From: Nemertoderma westbladi
Taxonomy: Eukaryota; Animalia; Xenacoelomorpha
Direction: 5' to 3'
Assembly: GCA_032718475.1 (NCBI GenBank)
Contig: JAUCBJ010002408.1
Span: 1-62,587 of the forward strand
DNA: 62,587 nt
The notes beneath the pieces are model-generated. The model made no database searches. It worked only from the letters and a program-made list of their open reading frames with translations, and was not told the DNA's origin. Shown one piece after another: positions 26,501 through 37,560 of the stretch. Position 1 is the stretch's first letter. The number at the start of each line of letters is the position of its first letter. A program made the translations under genes and the position numbers.

Positions 26501-29500
26501 GATATAAATAACAATTTGAATATTTTTTAACTAAGTTAATTTATTGGTATTAAATAATGTGATTGTAAAGTTACGAAAGGCGGGATAGTAGTTAAATAAT
26601 ATAGGGTTTGATATTCCAGTTGAAAGTGTAATTATCTGTAAAAAAAACTAAAAAAATTAGAAATGGTCGCATGATAGACTCTTAAGGTTACTTTCTATAA
26701 TTCACATAGACATTAATAGATACACACAGAGTCACACAATTAATTAATAAAACTAACATGTTCGGATTAGTGTAAACAGTGGTGGTCCCATCGCTATTGT
26801 GTTCGATGTACTGGACCTGGGCGTGGACGGGCGGGGGTTGCTGGGGCGCCGAGTACAACTGTTGGGGGGTCACCTGGAGGGTAATGACCTGGGTGCCGTC
26901 TGGCCGTTGCTCCACCGTAGCACCGCCGGCACCGGCCGCGTTCAACACCGCTGCAGCTTGTTTCTGATCGACTAGAAAAGATATTTAAATAAGATTACTA
27001 GTTTCAGTTTGTTAGCGCAAAAAGTAGACAAACCGTTGCAAAAAATACAATTCGCTACAGTCAGGCAAAAGAGTGATAGAGATAAAAAAAACATCCAACA
27101 ATTTTGGTGCCCTAAAAGTTTTGCCTAGTTAATAAAAATTTATTATATTCTGAAGACGAAAGGAAAAGTTTTTTGTTGGTCATGTAGCTATATTTATGAG
27201 ACCAAAATTCTTGGAGTCATGTTTGACTCAAATATGTCCTTTGAATTTCATCTCAGGTCACTATTGCAAAAATTCTGGAGTATTTGGGATCTCATAAGTA
27301 AATTTGTGAAGCCATCCAGCGGAATAAACCTACTAGCAGCAACAAAGCTAATACAGTCGGTACTACTACCAAGACTATTGTATGCATCACCAGTATGGAT
27401 GAATCGGGAAGCCATAAAAATTCTTAATGATCTATGGGGCATAATGCTAAAACAATCTGTTGGTGCTTTATATAACCCTCACAGAAATAAACTAGAAGTG
27501 ATATGTGGCATTCCGCCTCCCGAAATATTTTGTCAGGTAATCAGGACCAAATATCTGTTGAAATCATTGTCGAGATCGGAAGACATTACAATGTCGTTGA
27601 AAGCGATTTCCGAACTGTCCTTAAAAAACAGTTTTGCCTCACACTTGAACGATGTGAAAACATATATTGCGTGGTTAAACAATGAGAGATCTAGTCGTTT
27701 AATTGAAATCGAGAATATAGACTCACGGCAATTGCACTACACTCAAGGACAAATGAAAATGTATACACAGGATGTATGGAAAAAGTCTCTCAATTTGAAC
27801 GATTCTCTGATCAAAACAAACCAGCTGCCGTCACTTACACCCATAAATCTAGCCTGTGGTAAAGCTCATGAATCCTTCATTCTCGGTTTGATGCTCGGTC
27901 AGGGCAACCTGGCTCTTATGAGAAGCAGATATGGTGACATTGATGATTGTGCCTGTTTATGTGGTGAGCCTGAATCCGAATCGCATTTTCTAATGGATTG
28001 TGTTCTTAGATTAGATCAATCGACTTTGTTAAGAGCTGCAATGTCCGCCTATGGTGTTGCGCAACTTGACGATTTTATGTATATTAGATCACCTGTAACT
28101 CTTAAAGCTCTGGTTAAATACTCTATATGAACCCAATTTGAAGCGATACACATATCATTAATTATTTTAGTTATCGATGCTTATCGATATTTTTACTGTA
28201 TGTCTATGTTATTAGTTTGTGCATCCATTTCAGCATGCAAAAATATGGTTTTTATTAAAGAATTATATATATATATATATGGTCACTAGGGTAGATACGC
28301 TTGCTAGGGGATATACCGTTACTTTAGAGAAAGAGTTTAATATGTTGACAGTGTTGTGATAGTGATATTATCATGTCCTGTAGATTAAAAAAGTGAGTGG
28401 GGGGGGGGGGGGGGGGGGGGTGGAGAACGCCCAAGGCGGAATCAAAAGGAGAAGGGGGCATCCTCAGTGTTGTTGAGGCATTACAAATAATAAATTAGAA
28501 CTTAGAGAAACTTCATGTTTGCTAATTTATGGAATAAGGTGATTTGTTAGGTAAATAAAGCGGCAAGCCGGTAGATAAATTCTAATTAATTACTAATTGC
28601 ATGGAAGCAGACAGGAGAGAGTGCGTTGGTGCACTGGTTACCATTCGATTGGCATTCAACTGACATTTAAACATAACCGGCGAGTTAATGGGATTCGTAA
28701 AACAAATCGACAAGAGTTAATAAATAAATGAGTTTTTGGAGCGATGGTGGGTGTATCGTATAGCCAGCCGGCCTTGTGTGTGCAGATAACTCAGTAACCC
28801 AGCAGCGAGCTGTAACCGTAGTGCAAGGGCAACCGAGGGGGATTGCCCTGGTGAGCGGGATATCTCCATGGTAACGAACCCGTCGTAGCAACACAAGGGT
28901 GGGCTCTGTACCGGGTAGGCCTACCTACACCTTCGCTATTATTAATCGGGATTGTTAGCTTGGCGCACCACCGATGCCGAGGTAATTTGAGTCCCTATGC
29001 CAGCGCCAATGATAACCCGGTAACCCACTGCAACAATGATGGTTAACAATGTCACCAAGATAAATAAATAATTCATATAGGAGGGAACTTTTTATGAGAA
29101 ATGAATAAGCAGCCATATGCTTATAGCGCAGCAAGTAAATCTATCTAATTCTGAATGGATAAACTGCACTTGTGATTGCTTGCTTGCTATGGGACTGGGA
29201 CATTAAATACTTTTATTGACAGGATAGCTGCTGCAGTCTGACATCCGGTATAAACGTCATAGTTATAAAGATTCCTATATAAAGAATTCTCAGCCTAGTC
29301 TGAGACGACTGAGGAGTGTTCTCAGCCTCGGCTGAGACGACTGAGGGGTGTTCTCAGCCTAGGCTGAGATAACTGGGGAGTGTTCTCAGCCTAGTCTGAG
29401 ACGACTGAGGAGTGTTCTCAGCCTAGGCTGAGACGACTGAGGAGTGTTCTGAGCCTAGGCTGAGATGACTGAGGAGTGTTCTGAGCCTAGGCTGAGATGA

Positions 29501-32500
29501 CTGAGGAGTGTTCTCAGTCTAAGCTGAGATAACTGGGGAGTGTTCTCAGCCTAGTCTGAGACGACTGAGGAGTGTTCTCAGCCTAGGCTGAGACGACTGA
29601 GGAGTGTTCTCAGCCTAGGCTGAGATAACTGGGGAGTGTTCTCAGCCTAGGCTGAGATAACTGGGGAGTGTTCTCAGCCTATGCTGAGATGACTGGGGAG
29701 TCATTACAAGAGGGAGTTATCTCAGCCTTGTACACCGGTAGCCAATGAAAGGCGGGAAGTTTGGAGACAGGTATGATATGAAGGAGACAGTTATTTATTT
29801 TTTTTTATTAACAGGTACACCGGTCGAGCCGGCATTTATATTGATAATGTTGTTCTTTAAAATTACAAGTTATTTAAAATTACACTTCACTGTTGTTACT
29901 CTTCTAAAATTACACACCATAGTACAATAATACGGTACAATCCTCAACAATTAATTTCATGGTCAATTTAAGACATGCGTAGCAAGGTACGGAGTAAAAC
30001 ACTAAAATAATTTAAGCAGTGTTCAAACAAAGGATGGGCTTAATCACGAGGCAAGGCACCAATGGTATGCGTACCGAAAAACACAGTCCTCAACAGAACA
30101 TCAAGGTAGTAAATACCAACTCTAAAAATATCAGGGCATGGTTAAAATCTAATATAAAAAAGAATATAATTAATACAATCGTTCGGGCATATTATGAATT
30201 AAACGATCCTCAATCGCATATGTTACAGAATAAAAGGTTTAAGGGGTGGATAACAGGATTAGGGTTGAAGGAACTAGGCGATCCCAAAAAAATCCCTAAT
30301 TCTCTGCCGCTTGTGAGCAAAAGGGATTGCGATAGTACTAAAGCATCCTCTGACGAATTCAGCGTTCACTGTATCCCTATGGCTATTGAGCCGTTGATGT
30401 CAATTCGCGCCATTAGGTCTGCACCAGAGTAATTATATAACAGGGTAGAGCAAAGATGCGGAAGTGGAAAGGAACGGGAAGCCTTGCTGTACGAGCAATG
30501 ATTTCCAAATGTCAAGAGTGTGATTGAACGTCGTGAGGCGCTGAATGACTGGAAGTGTTGGGTTAGGACACCTGAGTAGTCTAGTGAAAATACCAACAGA
30601 CTGACGCAGGGCCTCTACGGAGACAGGCCTGAGGCCAGAAAGGAGATACAGATAGTGGTTATTGATGTACGTACCCACGTTTAGGAGCCCCCGTAGGGCC
30701 TTCCGATAAGTAATGTCAAGTTTCTCTGTGTCAGTCTCAGTATCATTAAGTGATCCTATATTTAGTCTCAGGGATAATAGAATTACTGGCATAGCCATGG
30801 CCTGCCATAACCTAAAGGTCGTTTCCACATTCAACCATCTAGTGGTCCACCCCTTGGATTGGAAAATTTGGGACACCATCGCGATGGTTTGTAAGGACTC
30901 ATTCAGGGCGTTCGAAGGCTTAGGGTTGAGTTTGTACCCAAGAAAAGTCAAGTGCACACTACAAGGCACGAGTATACCGTGTAGGCCGAGAAAGGTTGGT
31001 TTGTGGCTTCCCCTTTTGTCAATGCATATCCATTTCGTCTTTGACTGTTCGATGCGGAGCTTCAACACACTTGCCTTGCTCTGTAATACTTTAACCATAT
31101 CCTCAATATCGCGAGCAGAAGTGGAGGATAAGATGAAATCATCTGCGTACACCATGGTCCCAAACCACACATTGCCAACAGAACAGCCAAGCCCAGATTT
31201 AGAAAGACCATTAGTAATGCTGGCGGTGTACAGGTTAAATAAATCGGGCGAAAGGAGTGAACCCTGTCTCAGACCCTTGAAGGCCCTTATGCTCTTACTG
31301 TGGATAATATCCCCAAACTTCAGGAAGATTTCACTCGATTGATAATAGGATAGGAGAGTTGAAACAACCCAGGGGTTTACTTCTAGGGATATTAGCTTAT
31401 TAGCCAGGATTACGTTAGTTACAAATTGGATTCTTATGGTGTAAATCCATGTATGCCACTCGTTATGCCGAAATAAATACACTCGTGAAGTTCTGATAAA
31501 CTCCTTTTAGGTTGTTGATATGTTGTGAGGAGAAATGTGTTTGGAATCATTTTAAGATAATAAAATTGGTTGAATATTAATTAATGGTCATCTAAGACTT
31601 CTGATTTCAACCAATTGCGCCTAATTCGCCCGTATTGTATAAGTTCGGACAACAAAATTAAAATACTGAAAATTACATTTCGTTTAGAAAAACATTACGT
31701 CTTCATTTTTAGTAGGCGAGGCAAAACAATTATTTGTCAAGATGACTCACATTCTAAGAGGCGCCCAGATGCCAAAACCTTTGTCAAAAATATAAAATGT
31801 CCATATATCAAATGAAAATATTGTGAGTTTGGGAAATATTCCTCATAAAACCCTTAATTTAAAAATATCAGGATTATGTCTCGCAAACAGCTGAATTGGT
31901 CGAAGTAAACGGATATTGGCAGTTTATTAAAGAATATTTTAGTAGATTTAAACTTCCTTTCTATACGATTATGACTCACAGACCACCTGCGCTGAATTCT
32001 AACTGTTATGTAATTCTTGTAGAATTACAAACAAACTTTCACCGTATAAATTTGACCAATAAGCAAAGCACTATGGGATTCAAACGTTCTGTATTAAACC
32101 CCGTTCACATCCAACGGTGCGTGAACGGTAAAGTAGTCTGGCGGTTCTGCGGTATTGAAGCGGTAAGCCAGCGGTACACTACCCGGAATCCGTTCACACC
32201 CAACGGTACCGTTGCGGTAACTGATTGTCTATCTGTGGACTGTGAATTCAACAGGAAATTACATTAATTATATTAACATTGTTTAAATGGGCTGCGGTAA
32301 ACCGCGCGGTTTAGCGCACAACTACCTGTTGGGTCGTTCACAGTCAGCGGTTCACCGCGCGGTGTACCGTTCCGTTGAACGGGCCTTAAGGTTGCTACTT
32401 TCCACCAAATACGTACTGATACCACCACCCCACCCCCCCCCCCCCCCCCCCCCCCAGTCTGTATAAGGTTGTTACTTACCAATTACATACTGATGTCCTC

Positions 32501-35500
32501 CAGCAGTCTGTATAAGGTTGTTCTGATAAGGTTGTTGTTGACTTTTGACACCAGAAATGACCTGACCTCCAACATTGGAACCAACCTAAATAAATAATAA
32601 TACAACTTGGTAATTAATAAAGAAAGTAATTATATACTTCACTGTACAAGTTTCGAATAACATATTATTTATTTTTAATTTAATAGAAGTGTAAATAATT
32701 ATTGCTGCGCTTGGAATTTCGACAATAAGATCTTCATTTCGAACCGGTACCGGTACCGGTACTAACTAAAATCTAAATAACGATACTATATACCTTTGTG
32801 CTTTGTGCTTATATACCTTCTCTATTTTATAACAACGCGCACTTTGTTGTTTATATTACTCAATTTTCTAAAAGCGTCTCTTTTTTATTATTCTTCAACT
32901 TGCTAGTATGCGCGCGAACAGAGCACTTTCAAAACCATAACTGGCGCGGTTTGACAATTTAATTAAACATTTTTTTCTAAAAGTTCCTAGCTAGTAAATA
33001 TACCATATTAATAATTTTATAAACCCTACTCTACACATCAAGGCGTCCTAAATTATTATCTATTCATTTTGTATGTTCGAGGTGAAGGAACAAAATTTAA
33101 TTTATCTGAAATTTCTAAGCGTGGACATGGACTAGTGTTTAGGATACATTATATAGAAATAAAAAGAATAACAAAAACCTCGTGATATATTTGCAATCCT
33201 TATTTCCCGCACCCAGGCGGGATACGAGGATATAATCTATGAACATAAGAATTTGTTTAAACACTATACTCTGATAAACAACACATATTTCCAAATTCAG
33301 AACCTGTCGGTTAAAGTGAAACACGGAACATAGGAGGAAAATCGGAAGCTATATATATACTACACATACTATAGGGCGCCACGTATACAAGACAGGGAGG
33401 TCGCCACGCCACATGAACTCCCAGGGTTGAACACTCATTCAAACGTTTGCTTTACTCCCACAAAGGAAGGTGATAAATCATTTGAACCGCAATGGCAGAA
33501 GCCATATCATTAAGTGGACGCACTAATTAACGTATTTATAACTGGCCCGGATGTGATGGATTTAAGATCCCAGCTAGAAGCGAAAGTAACTCAAATCCAT
33601 TCACCAGCGTGGCTGCGGTAGCTCCCACCTAATTCTGACAAAGTATTATATAAACCAGCGGTTTCCTGCATACAGATGAAACACGTTCGTGGGGGGCTTC
33701 GCGTAGAACAATATAACCAAGCTTAGCAGACGGGTACCACTCAAGGCGTCCTTTAATACAGTATTAAAGTAATACATTACTGTATTAAAGGACGCCTTGG
33801 TACCACTATTTCAACCATTAGTCGCCTTATAACGGGTATGAATGTATTATACTGGGGATTTTAGGGGGGACTCGTGACGCAAACAAAATTCATCCCTCTC
33901 CAAGAGAAACTCGACGCAAATAACATCTGAATATTCTCAAAATAAAACTGTAACCTGTTCTATTGACCATCGTTTATTGTTGTGGTTAGAATAACGTGAC
34001 ACTGTAACCTGCCCATTTATTTTAATTAATAATTAAACATTGAGAGATATTACTTAAATACTTATGACCTATAGTGCCATATCCAGTGTTTGTTGGGGCA
34101 TTCTATCCAATCCAGTCATATATAATTTATATTATTATCGTCTTAAATAAATATAACACTATACCGGTAATAGCAATATTTCCACCTAACACATATTGTA
34201 TTAGATCGTTTCTCTCAAGTTCAGTATCCCTTTCAAGTTGATCTATATATGTTATGGCCGGTCGTCCACGACTACGCTTTCCTTGAGTTGGTTGCCAGAG
34301 AAGTAGACCTGGTATGACCTCGTCTTTACTTCGCCAGCAGTGCCCACTGAATCTTAATCTGCGTTCACGGAGGTGGTTGATACAGGTGGTATTGTACCAT
34401 AAAGCTCGGCGTTTGTCATGTGTTGTCTCCAGCTGATGTTTAGGGTTGCCCTTAGTAGTCTTGTGTAGCAACCATCAATTCGTTGTTCAAATGATTTAGT
34501 CAGTGTCCAGGTCTCACCCCCGTATAAAAATACACTTTCCACTGTGGCTCGAAAGAACTTAGTCTTCAGGTGCCTGGAGAGATCTGATTTCCAGATGGTA
34601 TCCATTTTTGATAGAGCTACCCAAGCCTTTGCTTTCCTAACTTCTATGTCCTTTTTGCTACTCTCTATCCATGATCCAAGGTACTGGAAGTCGTCGACCT
34701 TCCTTAGTTGATTATTATTAATGGTTGTCAAGTTTCCATCAACATTAAAAGTCATGAATTCGGTCTTTGTAGCATTTATATGCAATCCAACCTCCTTAGC
34801 AGCCCTCTCCCCTTTATTTAGTAGAAGCTGTGCATCTGCTAGCGTATTAAAGAGCAGGGCGATGTCATCCGCAAAGTCGTTGTCCGTGACTTTAGTTGCC
34901 GGATATTTGCTACCTCTGCGTTTTTGTGTTATAAATAAGATAACTGCATGCGACTTGATTCATTTTAAGTCTGAGTATTCGATTAAAGCAGGTATTGTTA
35001 ATTAAGGTGTTGTGTGTGCTTTCAAAATGGCATTACTTGTGGTGGGGAGAGCTTATTATGAATATTATTACTTTAGGTTTTAAATTTTTTTTTTTTGGGG
35101 GGGGGGGGGGGTACAAATACCACGCCTTGGCATGCACGCAGTCGAACTGTTACAATATCCAACACATATACTACCGGTACCGTAAGTATGTAACAGAACG
35201 GTTTACATACCCCTCCTGCTAAAATTTATTATTATAACAAAATAGGTCGTGTTTTATTAATATAAAGCCCAAGGAATAATCTCATCTGCACTATTGTCGG
35301 ACTCTTCCACACTATTGTCGGACTCACCTGCACTATTGTCGGACTAATAACTGAGTTTTCGCCCACGGACACTGTCTGCTGCGTCGGGGTCCTTGCGATG
35401 GCCACCGTGGGAGCTGCGGACCCCGGATGGTGCTGCGGAACGGATCCGACAACTACGACCTGTCGGGGTTGTTGGTCCGACGCGGGGTGCAGACCGGAGT

Positions 35501-35576
35501 GGAGGCCGGGGTCCACACGGTGGGCTACAACCCCCTGGGGATGGGCGGGGGAGGTCACGAACTGTGTGGTTGCCAT
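2420..35576 (-). CDS. RFX: RFX1/2/3-family transcription factor (daf-19/dRfx-like), spliced gene of about 971 aa (about 1032 aa with cassette exon)
   Basis: Exon chain 35576-35328, 32585-32480, 26971-26758, 26144-25925, [24447-24265], (22039-21858 or 21202-21021), 17217-17101, 16712-16536, 16227-16029, 15795-15652, 8353-8204, 6865-6657, 5869-5707, 3205-2420. All junctions are GT-AG with consistent phases. Encodes [54 protein letters not shown], the B and C regions and the dimerization domain. Confidence 0.95.
3349..5575 (+). mobile_element. tRNA-derived SINE with Deu/Nin-like domain and an internally expanded minisatellite
   Basis: tRNA-like head with A-box-like and imperfect B-box motifs, then CACTCAGCCTTTCATCC..GGGTCGATAAAATGAGTACCAG (Nin/Deu-domain-like). 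Imperfect flanking repeat ATATTATG(G/A)AA. Confidence 0.7.
3493..5517. repeat. 36-bp minisatellite, about 56 copies (GATAGGAGTAGCGCCCACCCCTACCTTCGGGTAGCA)
   Basis: Directly visible; explains the 12-aa periodic ORFs. Confidence 0.98.
5707..5869 (-). CDS. RFX: RFX exon ([38 protein letters not shown]...PIAVMG)
   Basis: TTTTTAG acceptor and CAG|GTGAGT donor; 163 nt, phase 2->0; highly conserved RFX motif. Confidence 0.96.
6657..6865 (-). CDS. RFX: RFX exon, dimerization domain (EQASWVCQC...[13 protein letters not shown])
   Basis: TGCAG acceptor and AG|GTTAGT donor; 209 nt, phase 0->2. Confidence 0.95.
8204..8353 (-). CDS. RFX: RFX exon, dimerization domain ([23 protein letters not shown]...[11 protein letters not shown])
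   Basis: CTAG acceptor and CAG|GTTGGT donor; 150 nt. Confidence 0.95.
9340..9994. mobile_element. Foldback-type element built from 17-bp repeats (GAGTATTCTTAGCCCGC)
   Basis: Direct run about 9349-9804 and inverted run about 9866-9985; 8-bp TSD TTAAAGCG at 9332-9339 and 9995-10002. Confidence 0.88.
11473..11582. repeat. (TCTG)n microsatellite
   Basis: Directly visible. Confidence 0.97.
12056..12912. mobile_element. Non-autonomous DNA transposon (MITE-like)
   Basis: TIR GGGGCGATATACAGAAAAGTGGCCAAA ... TTTGGCCACTTTTCTGTATATTGCTCC; no clear TSD. Confidence 0.7.
13620..14442. repeat. 23-bp two-monomer tandem array with 161-bp higher-order period
   Basis: Units GTTTATTTGTCCGACGAATGTCT and GTTTATTTGTCCGGTAATTATGT; ORF starts 13670/13831/13992 are 161 bp apart. 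Confidence 0.95.
15652..15795 (-). CDS. RFX: RFX exon, region C ([33 protein letters not shown]...)
   Basis: TTTTAG acceptor and AAG|GTGAGT donor; 144 nt. Confidence 0.95.
16029..16227 (-). CDS. RFX: RFX exon, conserved region B ([27 protein letters not shown]...CDTLLYQ)
   Basis: CACAG acceptor and CAG|GTTTGT donor; 199 nt, phase 2->0. Confidence 0.94.
16536..16712 (-). CDS. RFX: RFX exon (SKGPGGG...[16 protein letters not shown]...LQNLYR)
   Basis: CTAG acceptor and AG|GTTAGG donor; 177 nt, phase 2->2. HQQYL motif as in RFX1-3. Confidence 0.9.
16994..17007 (+). promoter_or_regulatory. X-box match GTGACCATGGTAAC
   Basis: Full consensus 14-mer in an RFX intron. Confidence 0.5.
17101..17217 (-). 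CDS. RFX: RFX exon completing the DBD wing ([21 protein letters not shown]...)
   Basis: TTAG acceptor and AA|GTTAGT donor; 117 nt, phase 2->2; single copy. Confidence 0.95.
17310..17535. repeat. Degenerate ~34-bp GC-rich tandem repeat
   Basis: Recurrent GGATGGGCGCGG(A/C)ACATG..GGTATGGTAACCTG. Confidence 0.8.
17763..21006. repeat. 23-bp satellite array, about 140 copies (sense strand CACAAACACTCAATCTTACTAAC)
   Basis: Directly visible; fills most of the intron after DBD exon b. Confidence 0.98.
21021..21202 (-). CDS. RFX: RFX DNA-binding-domain exon, copy b ([61 protein letters not shown])
   Basis: GTAG|GTC acceptor and CAG|GTCGGT donor; 182 nt, phase 0->2. From memory it is the closer of the two copies to the vertebrate RFX1 DBD. 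Confidence 0.94.
21858..22039 (-). CDS. RFX: RFX DNA-binding-domain exon, copy a ([61 protein letters not shown])
   Basis: TTAG|GTG acceptor and CAG|GTTATA donor; 182 nt, phase 0->2, intact RFX winged-helix motifs. Confidence 0.92.
24265..24447 (-). CDS. RFX: Putative RFX cassette exon (QQHQYQPID...[12 protein letters not shown]), 61 aa
   Basis: GC-rich island with pyrimidine tract and TAG acceptor, ACT|GTAAGC donor; 183 nt, phase 0->0, no stop, ends in ASPAT like exon 4. Confidence 0.7.
24937..25466. mobile_element. hAT-type MITE
   Basis: TIR TA(T/G)AGTTGAAACAGAGAC; perfect 8-bp TSD GTATATTA at 24929-24936 and 25467-25474; subterminal TCTCCGG/TCTCTG repeats. Confidence 0.88.
25925..26144 (-). 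CDS. RFX: RFX coding exon 4, ending [10 protein letters not shown]
   Basis: ATTTAG acceptor and ACT|GTGAGT donor; phase 2->0. HTTRASPAT is the conserved pre-DBD motif of RFX1-3. Confidence 0.93.
26200..26447 (-). mobile_element. tRNA-derived SINE or tRNA pseudogene
   Basis: TGGCGCAGTGGTTA A-box and GGTTCGATCCC B-box followed by a non-tRNA body; anticodon arm does not pair well. The 3' boundary is approximate. Confidence 0.65.
26758..26971 (-). CDS. RFX: RFX coding exon 3, Q/P-rich activation region ([10 protein letters not shown]...[20 protein letters not shown])
   Basis: CTTTTCTAG acceptor and AT|GTTAGT donor; phase 1->2. QVQY.E...VYTN resembles the RFX1-3 N-terminal region. Confidence 0.88.
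27195..28280 (+). mobile_element. 5'-truncated non-LTR retrotransposon (RT C-terminus plus Zn-finger)
   Basis: [42 protein letters not shown]; (TA)n tail. Confidence 0.85.
29286..29728. repeat. 32-bp tandem array with an 18-bp internal palindrome, about 13 copies
   Basis: TTCTCAGCCTAGGCTGAGACGACTGAGGAGTG. Confidence 0.95.
29860..31410 (-). mobile_element. 5'-truncated non-LTR retrotransposon RT
   Basis: [23 protein letters not shown] and FLGY motifs in ORF 30433-31482; boundaries approximate. Confidence 0.9.
32480..32585 (-). CDS. RFX: RFX coding exon 2 ([35 protein letters not shown])
   Basis: TTTAG acceptor and G|GTAAGT donor; 106 nt, phase 0->1, fits both neighbours. Confidence 0.8.
34200..34920 (-). 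mobile_element. RTE-like LINE fragment, near-identical to 42515-43225
   Basis: [31 protein letters not shown]. Confidence 0.92.
35328..35576 (-). CDS. RFX: RFX first coding exon ([15 protein letters not shown]...SPTIVQ)
   Basis: ACCATGG Kozak-like ATG. Acceptor TTTGTAG ends at 35629; donor CAG|GTGAGT. Phase 0 matches the next exon. Confidence 0.75.
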
Positions 35577-37222
35577 GGTACGATACGAAGTGAAATAAAG
35601 CGATTATTCGATATAAATCTGAGGAAACCTACAAACAATAAAATATTAAATATTAGCAAAGTCATAATTAGAAATTAATAAAATCATATTGACATTCATT
35701 TCATAAATATTTCATATATTCCTTTTTTCATAACATTCATAAAATAGGGATAAATACGGGTCCTGGGGTGGGGGGATTCCATGTTCTTCGGGAAAACCAG
35801 CGGGAAATAGAAGCAAATAACAGTTGATTAGGAGCATAATTAAACCTTAGCCCGTGCTATTTACTCTTGTTTAATGTTTTGATTAGTATAACAGGGACCA
35901 TACCCTGGTCCTTTCCAATAATTGATGTTTAACATTGCAGGATGGCCGCCATGTAATCTGTATCATAATAAAGCAATTGGCAAAGGCCAACAGCATCAGC
36001 AAGAAGGGAAATAATTTCGAGAAGTGGTCCTTGTTCATTGTTGTAGGAGTGAGAAACTTAATTGGACTGAAAAAATATTAGTACGATACTTAAGGTTTGT
36101 ATATATATCAGTATATTATATATACCAAACATTAGGCCTACATTTCCACAGATATACTGACATAACGATGATATAGGCCTATAGACCTATCTTCTAAATC
36201 TATCATTCATATAGGCCCTATAGATACCGTAGCCTAGTGCCCAGCCCAGCTATATATAATGGATTACTAGTCATATCTCTTAGTGCTGCCGCATTCTTAG
36301 TATGGTTTTGGTGAGGATGTCAGTTTTAATTAAAATTCTGGAGCCCAATATAAATCGATTTGAGATTCCACTATCCTGCAAATTGGCACGCTGAATGCTG
36401 CCGGGCCTCTAGGCCTTACTGCCTTAGAATCAAGCTGGCAAATGCGGTATTTAGCAAGATATTGTTACAGATTGTTGCATCAGTGCTGCAGTGTGTTGCC
36501 TGCGAGCCAGCCGAACTGTCGGCTGCAATGTTATGAATAATCAGATATTGAGCAGTTGGGCCATGCCATCGCCTATACCGGGACTGGTTATTTGGCATTG
36601 CCACATGCACACATGTCAGCATGAGCATGCACAATATCAGAATATACAGGACAGGGCATGGCAAATGGGGTAGGAAGCAGCTAGCAGGACATCAAGCAGT
36701 CAAGTTAGTGGACGTTTGTAGTTAGGAAGTTAGCCAGTTACGTAGGCCTACCGGTACCCATACTACCGGTCAGCCGGTACCATGTGCTATCGGTATAAAT
36801 ATTTTACCGCTGTCAGGCCTGCAGGCTGTCGTGAACGGGTAGGCCTACCAGCCTACCAGTACCGGTACTGCGTTAAGGTGGTGCGGTACGCTGGTACCGA
36901 TCCCGTCCCCGTAGCCGTACCCTGGTTGCCTGGTACCGTGCCGTGCTGTAAGGTCTGAAGGTAGGTAAGTAAGGTAGGCCTAATGCAGTAATCAGGTAAT
37001 GACAAACCACCAAACTGCAGGACCGGTCAGCCGGCTCCCGGTTGTCAACATGCAGACATGAAACCTGTCATACCATATAGGCCCTACAGGAAAGTTGATG
37101 GATATGTGTAACAGTGTAATTGAATCCCAAAATACGGATATTATACAGGTAGAACTTCATATAAGAATACAACTAAGGTTTCTAAGACATTAAAAAGGGC
37201 TGCCAAGCAACTCAAAACTTAC

Positions 37223-37560
37223 CTAGGTGCTTCAACGGTCACCGGGATACTGTGTCTATGGAATCAATTCTCTCTGACAACTGTCACTAACCATATACCC
37301 TTGTAACTAATGCATATTCATCCGCATGAAAAATCTCTTTGTATTACAATAAGGAATATGGTTAAAATATCAACCAATTTACATATAACGCATAGAAAAA
37401 TCACGTTTACCCATAAATATTGTACCAGATTTTCGAACTACGCTGATACTACTTCAAATTTTGGTATAGTTACCGTCCTATATTTTAATGCTGGAATGGC
37501 GTAACATTTCTCACAGTTAGTTATTGTCAGGGACAACGCATGACGCAAACAATCCTCTCT
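37223..37560 (-). promoter_or_regulatory. Probable RFX non-coding first exon and proximal promoter
   Basis: Perfect donor TAG|GTAAGT at 37223/37222, next to a GC-rich first-intron segment (about 36380-37070). X-box-like GTTGTCCCTGACAAT and CRE-like TGACGCAA lie near 37523-37550. The TSS cannot be determined. Confidence 0.45.

Noticed and set aside
28399-28420. Poly-G/poly-C tracts scattered through the window
   Set aside because: Frequent throughout, often within repeats, with no specific positional pattern.
29286-29728. CRISPR-like palindromic repeat array (also considered for 3493-5517)
   Set aside because: No unique spacers, no cas genes, and a eukaryotic intron context.
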